DNA of 64,000 nt, taken from assembly GCA_965218865.1 (NCBI GenBank), contig CBDCME010000062.1, positions 91,671-155,670 on the forward strand. Reading direction: 5' to 3'. The DNA comes from Alphaproteobacteria bacterium. GTDB taxonomy: Bacteria > Pseudomonadota > Alphaproteobacteria > JAAXGF01. The notes beneath the pieces were generated by a model. The model was not told the origin of the DNA, did not search any database, and saw only the letters and a program-made list of their open reading frames with translations. This document shows positions 1 through 9,694 of the stretch, one piece after another (the first letter of the stretch is position 1; the number at the start of each line of letters is the position of its first letter). Position numbers and translations under genes: made by a program.

Positions 1-293
1 TCATCCTGGTCGTCTTTCGCGACCTCTTGATCATCGGCGGTGCCTTGCTATATCGACTCCTCATCGACGCCTTGACCATGCGGCCCTTGCTCATCAGTAA
101 GATCAACACGGTGACACAGATCGTGCTCGCGGCGGTCGTACTGGGGCGGCTGGGCGCTCCCGTCGCCCACCTGGCTTCCGTCGCCCACCTGGCTTCCATC
201 TTGATTTACGTTGTTGCGGCGACGACCGCGATGTCGGGCGCTAGTTACGTCGTCATGTGGACGCGCCGCGCGGCCGGTTCCGAGAGATCCTAG
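1..293 (+). CDS. CDP-alcohol phosphatidyltransferase family protein (PgsA-like), C-terminal fragment cut by the window edge
   Basis: Translation ILVVFRDLLIIGGALLYRLLIDA...LISKINTVTQIVLAAVV resembles the C-terminal membrane segment of phosphatidylglycerophosphate synthases; the ORF is open to the window start. Confidence 0.4.
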   Translation, partial: ILVVFRDLLIIGGALLYRLLIDALTMRPLLISKINTVTQIVLAAVVLGRLGAPVAHLASVAHLASILIYVVAATTAMSGASYVVMWTRRAAGSERS

Positions 294-294
294 G

Positions 295-1368
295 ATGTCG
301 CCTCAGCAACACGTCCGAATCTGGTTCGTCGCGATCGTCATCTTCATGTTCGCACTATTCCTCTTGCGGACCATGCTGCTGCCATTCGTTGCTGGCATGG
401 CGGTCGCTTATTTGTTCGACCCCCTGGCCGACCGCCTCGAGGCCAAGGGCGTTTCGCGTACCTTGGCGACTTCGTTAATTATTGGTTTTTTCATGGTTGT
501 TTCGGTCGGCACCCTTCTCTTGCTGCTGCCGACCCTGTTCCATCAACTGGCGGATTTCATCGCTCGGGTCCCCGAATACGCGAACAAGATTCGCCTCCTG
601 ATCGAACCCCTGTCGCAAGAGGTCATGGAACGACTGGGATCGGACGGTATCGACAAGGTGCGCGATGCCCTTGCCGGCTTCGCCGAGAATTTGGCCCAGT
701 GGGGCTTGGTGTTGATCGGCGGCATTTGGGAATCCGGACTGGCCCTGGTCAACCTATTTTCCCTGATCCTTATCACTCCGATCGTCGCGTTCTACCTTCT
801 TCGCGATTGGGATCGGATCATCGCCCAAGTCGACGAATGGCTTCCCCGGGCGTACGCGGCGGACATCCGCGAACAGGCCAATCGCATCGACGATACCCTC
901 GCCGGCTTCGTTCGCGGCCAGGGCATGGTTTGTCTTATCCTCGCCGCCTACTACAGCGTCACCCTATCGGTGGTCGGACTCGAGTTCGGTCTGATCGTCG
1001 GTATCGGCGCGGGATTGATTTCCTTCGTGCCTTTCGTCGGGGCTATTAGCGGCTTTGTCGCCGGGATCGGGCTGGCCGTGTTTCAATTCGATTCCTGGCA
1101 CTGGATCGCGGCTGTCGCCGCCATATTCGCGTTGGGGCAGGTCCTGGAGGGCAACGTGCTCACGCCCAAGCTCGTCGGAGAACGTGTCGGCCTGCACCCG
1201 GTATGGGTCATTTTCGGGGCCCTCGCGGGGGCCGCGCTCTTCGGCTTCGTCGGCATCCTGCTGGCGGTGCCGGTCACCGCCGTGATCGGCGTACTCGCCC
1301 GTTACGGCCTCGGCCGCTATCTGGCCAGCCGCCTCTACGAAGGCCCGGGCAAGACATCTTCGCGATGA
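295..1368 (+). CDS. AI-2E family transporter (PerM/UPF0118 membrane protein)
   Basis: 358-aa polytopic membrane protein, MSPQQHVRIWFVAIVIFMFALFLL..., with typical AI-2E architecture. ATG at 295 is the first Met after the R-rich, non-protein-like N-terminal extension of the six-frame ORF. The 3' end overlaps the hdaA start by 4 bp (ATGA). Confidence 0.7.
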   Translation: MSPQQHVRIWFVAIVIFMFALFLLRTMLLPFVAGMAVAYLFDPLADRLEAKGVSRTLATSLIIGFFMVVSVGTLLLLLPTLFHQLADFIARVPEYANKIRLLIEPLSQEVMERLGSDGIDKVRDALAGFAENLAQWGLVLIGGIWESGLALVNLFSLILITPIVAFYLLRDWDRIIAQVDEWLPRAYAADIREQANRIDDTLAGFVRGQGMVCLILAAYYSVTLSVVGLEFGLIVGIGAGLISFVPFVGAISGFVAGIGLAVFQFDSWHWIAAVAAIFALGQVLEGNVLTPKLVGERVGLHPVWVIFGALAGAALFGFVGILLAVPVTAVIGVLARYGLGRYLASRLYEGPGKTSSR

Positions 1369-2048
1369 CCCAACTGGCGCTCGATTTCGGTTGTCGGCCG
1401 GCCCTGGACGCGGAGGACTTTCTGATCGCCACGGCCAATCGCGAGGCGGTGATGTGGCTCGACCGATGGCCGGACTGGCCAGCGCCCGGATTGGCGATTC
1501 ATGGTCCGCGGGGGTGCGGAAAGACACATCTGACCCAGGTCTGGCTTCGCCGCAGCCGGGCCAGGCTGTTGACTCCCGAGACCCTCGCCGAGGACGACCC
1601 GGTGGCTCTCATCGGCGAGGGGAATTGCGCCGCGATCGAAGGCGCCGAGGCCGGCGTCGACGAGCGGGCGCTCTTGCACCTGTACAACTGGATTGCCCAA
1701 CACGGCGGCCACCTGCTCCTGACCGGTCTTCGGCCGCCGGCGCGTTGGCGGATCGAACTGCCCGATCTGCGCTCGCGCCTCAGCGCCCTGCCGGCGGCTA
1801 AAGTGGGTCCCCCGGACGACGCCCTGTTCGTGGCCGTTCTGATCAAACATTTGTCGGATCGGCAGCTGAGGGTCGATGAATCGGTCGTTCACTATCTGAC
1901 CAGACGCTGCGAACGTTCCTTCGACGCGGCCCGGCGCGTGGTGGCGGCGCTCGACGCCGCCGCCCTGGCCGAAAAACGCAACATCACGGTTCCCTTCGCG
2001 CGCCTGGTCCTGGAGGAGATGTCGACGGCAGCCGGTTCCAACGAGTGA
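1365..2048 (+). CDS. hdaA: DnaA-homolog regulatory inactivator HdaA
   Basis: 228 aa; MTQLALDF...ATANREAVMWLDRWPDWP...IHGPRGCGKTHLTQVW matches the Hda/HdaA AAA+ Walker A region. The 4-bp overlap with the upstream gene and the size are typical of alphaproteobacterial hdaA. Confidence 0.7.
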   Translation: MTQLALDFGCRPALDAEDFLIATANREAVMWLDRWPDWPAPGLAIHGPRGCGKTHLTQVWLRRSRARLLTPETLAEDDPVALIGEGNCAAIEGAEAGVDERALLHLYNWIAQHGGHLLLTGLRPPARWRIELPDLRSRLSALPAAKVGPPDDALFVAVLIKHLSDRQLRVDESVVHYLTRRCERSFDAARRVVAALDAAALAEKRNITVPFARLVLEEMSTAAGSNE

Positions 2049-2064
2049 GGGTCCGCGAGCCCTC

Positions 2065-3243
2065 TCAGCGCGGCTCGGAATCAGCCTCATGAGAGACGAT
2101 CCGAACCGACTTGCCGGTGGCGGCCAGGGCGATCCTTCCCGCCTTGAGCGCCAGGGCGGCGTCACCGAATATTTCCCAGCGCCAGCCCCGCATCGCCGCG
2201 ACGTCGGCATTGTCCTCGGCAACGATTCGGTCGAGATCCTGGGCACTCGCGACAAGCTTCTGAGCGACCTCGTGTTCGGTGCATTTGAGTTTGAGCAGGA
2301 CTTTCAGCAGATCGACGACAGGTGATCCGCTCCTCGGGTTGCCGCGCTCCGTCGGCGTCGGCGGGCAGGCGTTTTCGGGTACCGCCTTGCCGCGCGCGAC
2401 GGCGGCGAGAAATCCTCGCCCAAGCTGGCCGTCGGCGAGGCCGCGGCTGAGGCCGCGGGTGCGCGCCAGTTCGCCCGCCGTCGCCGGTTCGTGGGCGCTG
2501 ATTTCGATCAGGGCCTCGTCCCGCACGATTCGGTTTCGGGGGACGTCCTTTTCCTGGGCCATTCTGTCGCGACACGCGGCGACCTCCCGCAGGACGGCAA
2601 GGAACCGGGGCTGCGGATTGCGGGTCTTGATCCGCAGCCAAGCGTCCTCCGGCCGCATTTCGTAAATCCGGCTCTCGCACAGCGCCGACATCTCCTCGCC
2701 GACCCAGTCGGCCCGGCCCGACGCCTCGAGGCGGCGACGGAGGCGATCGTAGATCACCCTGAGGTGGCGGACGTCGTTGAGCGCGTACTTCAACTGTTTG
2801 CCGGTCAGCGGACGGCGGGACCAGTCGGTGAAACGCGACGACTTGTCGATCCGCGCGTTGGCGACCCGCGCCGCCAACGATTCGTAAGAAACCGAATCGC
2901 CGAACCCGCACACCATGGCCGCTATTTGGGTGTCGAACAGCGGCTGGGGCACGGCGCCGGAGAGATGGTGGAAGATCTCGATATCCTGGCGGGCGGCGTG
3001 GAAAACCTTGGTGACCCGCTTGTCGTTCATCAGGGCGAACAAGGGCGAAAGGTCGAGGCCGGGCGCCAGGGCGTCGATCGCCGCGGCACCGTTGGGACCC
3101 GCGACCTGGACCAGGCAAAGTATGGGCCAAAAAGTGCGCTCGCGCATAAATTCGGTATCCACGGCGACAAATTCGGCTCGGCTCAGCTCCGTGCACAGCG
3201 CGGCCAGCGCCGCGCGGTCGGTGAGCGGGTGTTCGCTCGTCAT
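2065..3243 (-). CDS. rnd: ribonuclease D
   Basis: 392 aa; N-terminal DEDDy 3'-5' exonuclease domain (AVDTEFMRERTFWPILCLVQVA...) followed by HRDC-like regions. Gene order rnd-aspS is common in alphaproteobacteria. Confidence 0.8.
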   Translation of the reverse strand: MTSEHPLTDRAALAALCTELSRAEFVAVDTEFMRERTFWPILCLVQVAGPNGAAAIDALAPGLDLSPLFALMNDKRVTKVFHAARQDIEIFHHLSGAVPQPLFDTQIAAMVCGFGDSVSYESLAARVANARIDKSSRFTDWSRRPLTGKQLKYALNDVRHLRVIYDRLRRRLEASGRADWVGEEMSALCESRIYEMRPEDAWLRIKTRNPQPRFLAVLREVAACRDRMAQEKDVPRNRIVRDEALIEISAHEPATAGELARTRGLSRGLADGQLGRGFLAAVARGKAVPENACPPTPTERGNPRSGSPVVDLLKVLLKLKCTEHEVAQKLVASAQDLDRIVAEDNADVAAMRGWRWEIFGDAALALKAGRIALAATGKSVRIVSHEADSEPR

Positions 3244-3356
3244 CCGGCCAACGGAATGCCGTGAGTCTTGACAACGAAAGCCGTTCCGTGCGCTGTTCCG
3301 AGCGCGCGGCGCGACTCCCGTGGCCGTGACCTCAGGTTCGCATGGGGGGCGCTGCC

Positions 3357-5144
3357 ATGCATCGTTATCGGACCCACACCTGCGGCGAGTTGGCCAGCGG
3401 CAACGTCGGAGAGCGGGCCCGCCTTTCCGGCTGGGTGCACCGCAAGCGTGACCACGGCAATCTGCTGTTCGTCGATTTGCGGGATCAATTCGGCATTACC
3501 CAATGCGTCGTCGATGTCGACGGTCGGATGTTCATGGAGGTCGAGCGCCTGGGGTCGGAAACGGTCGTGACGATCACTGGTAAGGTGGTCGCACGCAGCG
3601 AAGACACGGTCAACCCCAAACTCAAAACCGGAACCGTGGAAGTGGCGATCGAGGAGCTAAAGGTTCTCTCCCCCGCGATCCCCTTGCCGCTCGAAGTCCA
3701 CGGCGATCACGAATACGGCGAGGAAACCCGATTGCGCTACCGTTATCTCGATCTTCGACGGGCAAAAATGCAGCGCAACATCATGCTTCGGGAGGCCGTT
3801 ATCGCCTCGCTGCGCCGGCGCATGCGCGAGCAAGGCTTTTCCGAGTTCCAAACCCCGATCCTCACGGCCTCGTCGCCCGAGGGGGCCCGCGACTTCCTGG
3901 TCCCGAGCCGCTTGCATCCCGGCAGCTTCTACGCCTTGCCCCAGGCCCCGCAGCAATTCAAGCAACTGGTCATGGTTTCGGGTTTCGACCGCTATTTCCA
4001 GATCGCGCCGTGCTTTCGCGACGAGGACGCGCGCGCCGACCGTTCCCCGGGTGAGTTCTATCAACTCGATATCGAGATGTCCTTCGTCGAGGAAGCGGAC
4101 GTATTCGATCTCGTCGAGCCGGTGCTCCACGGTCTCTTCAGCGAGTTCTCCAATGCCGCCGTGACGCCGCCGCCGTTCCCACGCATTCCTTTCGCCGAGG
4201 CCATGGTGAAATACGGCAGCGACAAACCGGATCTCCGCAATTCCATAGAAATTTCCAAGGTGACGGACGCCTTTCGCGGCGGCGACTTCGCCATCTTCCG
4301 CAAGGGCATCGAGCGCGGATCGGTTGTCCGCGCCATTCCCGCGCCGGGTGCCGGCGCGTGCCCCCGCGCCTTTTTCGACAAGATGATCGCTTTCGCCCAG
4401 GAAATGGGCGCGCCGGGCCTCGCCTACATCATCTTTGGCGACGGCGGCGGCAAGGGTCCGATCGCCAAGTTCCTGGACGCGGAACGGATCCAGGCTGTCA
4501 AGGACGCCGCCGGCGTCGGTGACGGCGACGCCGTGTTCTTCGCTTGCGACGAAGCGGACGCCGCGGCCCGGCTCGCCGGCCAGGTTCGCGATCGCCTCGG
4601 CGACGAACTCGGCCTCGGCGAGAAGGATGCCTTCCGATTCTGCTGGATCGTCGACTACCCGATGTACGAACGCGACTCCGCCAGTGGTCAGATCGGCTTC
4701 AGCCACAACCCGTTCTCGATGCCCCAGGGCGGGATGGAAGCGCTCGAAACCCAGGACCCGTTGACGATTCTCGCCCACCAGTACGACATCGTCTGCAACG
4801 GAGTCGAACTTTCCAGCGGTGCCATCCGCAACCATCTGCCCGAGGTGATGATCAAGGCCTTCGCCATCGCCGGCTACCCGGCTGAGGAAGTCGAATCGCG
4901 CTTCCCCGCGTTGTTCCAGGCCTTCCGATACGGGGCCCCGCCCCACGGCGGCCTCGCCCCCGGAATCGACCGCATCGTGATGCTCCTCGCCGACGAGTCG
5001 AACATCCGCGAGGTCATCGCCTTCCCCATGAATCAGCAAGCCGAGGACCTGATGATGGGCGCCCCTTCCGAAGTGTCCGAGACCCAATTGCGCGAACTCC
5101 AAATCCGCCTCGCGCCACTCCCTCAACGCAAATCCGAGGGCTGA
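3357..5144 (+). CDS. aspS: aspartate--tRNA ligase
   Basis: 595 aa; [12 protein letters not shown]...[18 protein letters not shown] (OB anticodon-binding domain), class II motifs [34 protein letters not shown]. Start moved to MHRYRTH. Confidence 0.9.
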   Translation: MHRYRTHTCGELASGNVGERARLSGWVHRKRDHGNLLFVDLRDQFGITQCVVDVDGRMFMEVERLGSETVVTITGKVVARSEDTVNPKLKTGTVEVAIEELKVLSPAIPLPLEVHGDHEYGEETRLRYRYLDLRRAKMQRNIMLREAVIASLRRRMREQGFSEFQTPILTASSPEGARDFLVPSRLHPGSFYALPQAPQQFKQLVMVSGFDRYFQIAPCFRDEDARADRSPGEFYQLDIEMSFVEEADVFDLVEPVLHGLFSEFSNAAVTPPPFPRIPFAEAMVKYGSDKPDLRNSIEISKVTDAFRGGDFAIFRKGIERGSVVRAIPAPGAGACPRAFFDKMIAFAQEMGAPGLAYIIFGDGGGKGPIAKFLDAERIQAVKDAAGVGDGDAVFFACDEADAAARLAGQVRDRLGDELGLGEKDAFRFCWIVDYPMYERDSASGQIGFSHNPFSMPQGGMEALETQDPLTILAHQYDIVCNGVELSSGAIRNHLPEVMIKAFAIAGYPAEEVESRFPALFQAFRYGAPPHGGLAPGIDRIVMLLADESNIREVIAFPMNQQAEDLMMGAPSEVSETQLRELQIRLAPLPQRKSEG

Positions 5145-5146
5145 GG

Positions 5147-5172
5147 GGGCCGCGCGCCTATGCGGCGCGGAA
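5147..5172 (+). terminator. possible imperfect stem-loop downstream of aspS
   Basis: ccgcgcgcctatgcggcgcgg forms an imperfect GC-rich hairpin directly after the aspS stop; there is no clear U-tract. Confidence 0.15.
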
Positions 5173-5432
5173 ATTGATTGAGGCAGGCGACATGCCGAGC
5201 TCTAATTCCGGCGGATTTCCGCGGGCGTTGGCCTCCCGAGTATTGCGCCCCGACCGTCAGCTTAGGAAGGGAAAGCGGTCGTGGTTGGCCCTGGGACCCC
5301 ACGGCCGAGGGTAGCCATAACCGGTCGTGCGCAGTTCGCCAACGGAAAACACTCTTTGGCACATCGCGATGCCGGTGGCAGGAGCCGTCCACCGCATCAA
5401 GAGCTGCCGTCAGCCGTTTTCCCCTGAGCCAG

Positions 5433-6608
5433 CTATTCCGCATTTGGACGTATTGCGTCGCACAACGTAATCTCCCGGCTACCGGATATTCCCTCGATGA
5501 TATGGCACGACCCTTCCACTCTGGAGAGACCGAAAATGGCCAGGTCCGTGTCTGTATTCGCCGGTTCAGGACCAGAAAACTCGTCGCTTTTGGCGTCGAA
5601 CAGCACGTGAATAGAGCCGCCATGTGCAGCGATGACCCTTCGCGCCCGTTTCCGCATCCCGTCGTAACCCGATTGATCGCGCCTTTCGGAGAGGTTTACT
5701 GTGGCCTGTAGCCGAACGAACCGGGCTGAGGGCGGAAAGTATGGGACAACAAAGCTCAGTCCCTCAAATCCTGTCATGACAATCAAACTGTGAGCATAGG
5801 AACTGAAGCCCGTTTCTTGGAAAAAGAAGAAATCGCCCGTTAGAGCGGGACGGTAACCCTTATATTCGACAAACGGAATGCAGGCGAAAAACAACAAAAC
5901 TGATGCTGCTGCTGCGCCTTTGAGTGGAACCTTGAATAGACCCAAGGCCGCAACTAGCAGCAGAGGGACAAGGGCCTCCAGCCCGGATATGTAGCGGAAG
6001 ACGGGTTTCATCGTGAGCCACAAGACATAGGCGGCGACAGATGAGATGACAATCAAGCGCATTGTGAATGCGGAACGGGAGTATGGTCGGACACCCAACA
6101 CAGATTCGGCAATCGCATTGATCGGTTGCCGCTGCCCCATGACTGTCGCTGCCAACGACAGGCCAAGTACAACCATTATCATGAAGCCGAGCGCCAAACG
6201 GATATCACGCCAAAAGAAATGACCCACCTTCATTGGCTCGGACGTCATAATAATCGGCGCAAACAACAATTCCGTTAGCGACCGAAAGCCGCGTGTCGGT
6301 TCCTCCCCAGACAAATTGATCAAGTCACTCGGAAAAATTGAGCCAAACAACGGAAAAACTGGATTTCCGTATTCGGACGTCATAACAATCAACCAATAGC
6401 CGCCGGTCACCGAAATCCCGATCAGAACGCCGAGGCCATAGCTTGCGCCGCTTCTCAGCCTATGCCGGAAATCACATTGAACGGTGACCCCCGCGATAAA
6501 AAGGGCGATCGCATAGATCACACCGGTATACTTCGCCCCCGTTCCCATCCCGGCCAAGATCCCGGCCAGTATCAGCCATCTCAGACGAAACGGACATTCG
6601 GGCGTCAC
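5433..6608 (-). CDS. polytopic membrane protein, glycosyltransferase family 39/ArnT-like (possibly N-terminally short)
   Basis: 391 aa with many TM helices and a GTGAKYTGVIYAIALF motif reminiscent of PMT/ArnT-family glycosyltransferases. It is shorter than typical family members, and an in-frame TAG lies 3 codons upstream of the GTG start. Confidence 0.4.
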   Translation of the reverse strand: MTPECPFRLRWLILAGILAGMGTGAKYTGVIYAIALFIAGVTVQCDFRHRLRSGASYGLGVLIGISVTGGYWLIVMTSEYGNPVFPLFGSIFPSDLINLSGEEPTRGFRSLTELLFAPIIMTSEPMKVGHFFWRDIRLALGFMIMVVLGLSLAATVMGQRQPINAIAESVLGVRPYSRSAFTMRLIVISSVAAYVLWLTMKPVFRYISGLEALVPLLLVAALGLFKVPLKGAAAASVLLFFACIPFVEYKGYRPALTGDFFFFQETGFSSYAHSLIVMTGFEGLSFVVPYFPPSARFVRLQATVNLSERRDQSGYDGMRKRARRVIAAHGGSIHVLFDAKSDEFSGPEPANTDTDLAIFGLSRVEGSCHIIEGISGSREITLCDAIRPNAE

Positions 6609-7033
6609 GGTGAAGGCCTATGACGACGGGACCGAGGCCCGAGCCGGGAGTGGCTCAGTTTCTACAATGACCGGCGGCTCCACCAAGCCCTTGGGTACCG
6701 GACACCGGGCGAAATTTTCGGCGGCAGGGCCGTGGATTCGATGGATAACACTTCCGTGTTACCCACAACCCCACAGCCGCAACAACAGCTGCAACCTTTT
6801 TCGATGCGTGGGATTGGAATGACGGCATCGACGGCCATACCACACTCCCCACGCGCAGAGCACGGAGCACACATCAGCGGGAGTCTAACTTAAAAAGGCC
6901 GCGACCCTGTCCAAAGGATGGGGTCCACCTCAGTAATACACAGATGAGCGACTCAACGCCAAAAGCCGGCATTGACGGGTGAGCGAAACCTCGCCCCGGC
7001 AACGATCAACCAGCGCCATTCTCTCGGCCCGGC

Positions 7034-7333
7034 TCATCGGCCGGACCCGCGCGCCAAAAAATCCCGCTCTACCGTGAGCTCGCCAACCTTCGCGTGGAGT
7101 TCCTTCACAACCGCGTCGTTACCCTTCTCCCGGTCCGACCGGCCGGGCTGAAAAACCGACGCCGCGTTGTCGAGGAGCGCCTTGCGCCATTTGTGAATCT
7201 GGTTGGGGTGAACCCCAAAACGCTGCCCCAGCTCGGACACCGTCTGGTCGCTTTTCAACGCTGCCAGCGCCACCTTCGCCTTGAATTCTGCACTCAGTCG
7301 TCTGCGTATCTGCTTCATATCCCGCTCCTCCAT
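7034..7333 (-). pseudogene. IS3-family transposase OrfA (HTH) remnant; OrfB lost
   Basis: MKQIRRRLSAEFKAKVALAALKSDQTVSELGQRFGVHPNQIHKWRKALLDNAASVF...VGELTVERDFL is a canonical IS3 OrfA. No DDE OrfB follows. Confidence 0.7.
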
Positions 7334-7367
7334 CTAGCAAGTTATAGGAGCAGGAGTCTAACTTATA

Positions 7368-8531
7368 CCAACCGCCCTTAACATTGACTTGTGCGATCCC
7401 ACGCTCTGAGGCCGATTGACATGATCTTCCAAGGTTGGTCGGTCAGGTTGTTCCAGGCTTGGCAAGAGGCCTCGACGATGGCTTCATAGGAGTCGAAGAC
7501 ACGATTGGAGAGCCAGTTCTGGCGGAGGTATTGCCAGACATTTTCGGCGGGATTGAGCTCCGGGGACTTGGGTGGCAAAGGCACGAGGGAGATGTTCTCC
7601 GGGATGCCGAGTTTGGCAGTGGTGTGCCATGCGGCTTGGTCGAGCAGCACGACGGCATGGGCGTTTGGGGCAACGGCCCGGCTGATTTCCTCGAGATGCA
7701 GGTCCATGGCTTCAGTATTGGCGCGCGGCATGACCAGCGCCGCGCCCTCACCGCGCTCGGGGCAGATGGCGCCGAAGAGATACGCCGAAGAGGTCCGTAG
7801 GTCCTTGACCTGGCGCGGGCGCGATCCCTTTGGGTCCCACTGGCGCACCAGGCTGTTCTTCTGGCCGACGCGCATTTCATCTTGAAACCAAACCTCGATG
7901 GGCGTGTCCGGTGGCTGTGCCGCTACGATTTTCGCCAAGTGTTCGGGAAAACTTTTTTTTAAATTCCTCCTGTGCCCGCGCATCCTGGCCGACGTGGCGC
8001 GGGCGCGCGGAAATATGCGAGAACCCGAGCGCGGCCAGCAGCTTGCCGACGCTCCGCTCGTGATAGTCCACGCCGAAGCGCGTTCGGATCAGTTGCTTGA
8101 GATCGATGCAGCGCCAGCGCACGACCCCATCCCGTTCGGGATCGGGACCGGCCTCGATAGCCCGCGAAAGCGCCGCCATTTGCGACGGCGTCAACCGACG
8201 CAACGCCCCGTTCGGCTTGCGGTCGATCAGACCGGCCGGACCTCCCGCGTTGAACCGGTGAACCCAGTCCCGCAACGTCTGCCGATCCATGCCGCCAATA
8301 CCCGCCGCGCACGCTCGATCCATCCCATCGTAGATGGCCGCCATCGACAAAAGCCGTCGCGCCTGGTTCCCATCATCGCTCCGTGCCGCAAGAACACGGA
8401 CTCTTTCAGCATCAAAGTCGTTTCGCAAAGGAATCGTTGGCATTGAACACACTCCCTTGTTGCCAACAACCTTGAATCACACAAAACCTAGCGTGTAAAC
8501 CTTTGCGTGAGTCAAACTCGCGGGCGGTTGG
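7368..8531 (-). mobile_element. IS630-family insertion sequence, copy 1 (1164 bp)
   Basis: Terminal inverted repeats CCAACCGCCC...GGGCGGTTGG flanked by TA on both sides (TA target duplication typical of IS630/Tc1). Identical to copies 2 and 3. Confidence 0.85.
7378..8452 (-). CDS. IS630-family transposase, two overlapping ORFs (HTH part 7877-8452; DDE part 7378-7983) joined by a +1/-2 shift in an A8 tract
   Basis: The N-terminal ORF has HTH/paired-like regions. The C-terminal ORF has the IS630 DDE signature ...IEVWFQDEMRVGQKN...LLDQAAWH...LVPLPPKSPELNPAENVW. The ORFs overlap at gaatttAAAAAAAAgtttt, the same in all three copies. Confidence 0.8.
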
Positions 8532-8878
8532 TATTAGCCAATTGTCCAGTTTTCGGGGTCCACCTCAATTGTACACAAATTTGGCGAGGGCCAGGAGTTG
8601 ATCGACCCGATCCGGCCGGCCAAGTCAGATCGAAAACCCCCGAAAGGTAAGAGGCGGAAGTAAATCGGCTTGGTATAGGCAGGCCACGGCATCACATACC
8701 TGCAGCACACGTCCGTGGCTAGAGGCTAAGCTGTCGTCGCCGACCAGAAAGCTGCCATTCCATCTCTGATTTCCGGTGCTGAATGTACTGCCGCCGTCGT
8801 TCGCTGGGACCCTAATCGGCAGGTTGTAGCCAGACTCGGTAGAAATTTGGCCTGGATTGCCACGACGGCAGTTGAGAG

Positions 8879-9650
8879 TTAAGCGGCCACCGCGCACCCC
8901 GTTCGTTGCCCCTCAACGTCCGTCACGACGTCCTTGAACACCTCATTCCCGCGCCCGATCCACATGTCCAACAGCCGCAGCTTCAGGCCGCCAATATTGC
9001 TCCAATCCTCGGAGGCGCGCATCTTGCCGATGTCGGCGCGGAACTCACGCTCGCGGCCAAGACGAGCGGCGTAGCCCTGTAGATCGGCCAGCGCGCGGGT
9101 CTGTTGTACGATGCGAATTTCGTTGCCGAACGCGCGCACAATCTTATTGGCCCGCGACAGTTGGGAGAACTTCAGATTGGCCGGTGAATTCGCCAACTCG
9201 TCGCCAATGTCGAGACGAAAGGCGCGATCCATTTGACGCATGGTGCGGCGTGTCTCGGTGGCCTCCCGCAGCATATCGTGGAACTGGGATCGGAACTTCG
9301 TAGAGCGCTCCGGCTGTTGGCGGAAGAACGGCTTTAGGCCGGGGTATTGGTCGCCCCGCAGGTCCGGCGTGGCGTCGAAGAACACCGCGTCCGACAACAT
9401 CAAACCGTAGCTGGCCCAGGCATTGAAATACCCCCGCAGTAAGGCCTCAATCTGCACCGGCGACACCACTTTGTGCCGTACGCGGCAACCGCCTCAATCC
9501 CTCTTCGCCAACGAACGTGCGGCTGGTGCCCGCGCCAATGCGCGCGAACGGCACCAGGTTTTTCATGCCGGGGGTTTCAATCGGACGATCCAGAAACGAC
9601 AGTTCGTTGGTGTCGGCCAGCGGCGCCGTTCACCGCCAATCAGACGCGTG
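8879..9650 (-). pseudogene. hypothetical (possibly phage-derived) protein with a frameshift near 9470-9500
   Basis: A 196-aa ORF (8879-9469) is preceded in another frame by coding-like ...TAPLADTNELSFLDRPIETPGMKNLVPFARIGAGTSRTFVGEEGLRRL. No family was recognised. Confidence 0.3.
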
Positions 9651-9694
9651 CTATCATCACTGTGTTATGACCCATCAAGGGAGAGGGAGACGAA

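Larger units (their letters stand above)
6919..8578 (-). mobile_element. degenerate IS3-family remnant (IRL, leader, orfA, 40-codon orfB stub, plus a second solo IRL/leader fragment) carrying a nested IS630
   Basis: IRL-like TGTGTACAATTGAGGTGGACCCC at 8555-8578 (minus strand) and a second same-orientation copy at 6920-6943. The leader motif TAAGTTAGACTCC follows both. The orfA HTH ORF is at 7034-7333. The -1 frame continues as ...RMALVDRCRGEVSLTRQCRLLALSRSSVYY (typical IS3 OrfB N-terminus) and stops inside the second IRL copy. Confidence 0.5.

Noticed and set aside
2162-3274. 370-aa minus-strand ORF overlapping rnd, and similar R/P-rich ORFs (1335-2255, 3657-5126, 11195-12064, 18691-19299, 63199-63945)
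   Set aside because: They lie in alternative frames or are antisense to well-supported genes (rnd, hdaA, aspS, IS transposases), with R/P/G-rich composition. They are not protein-like.
5178-5711. 177-aa plus-strand ORF between aspS and the GT39-like gene
   Set aside because: It is R/C-rich, overlaps the 3' end of the minus-strand membrane protein gene and has no protein-like features.
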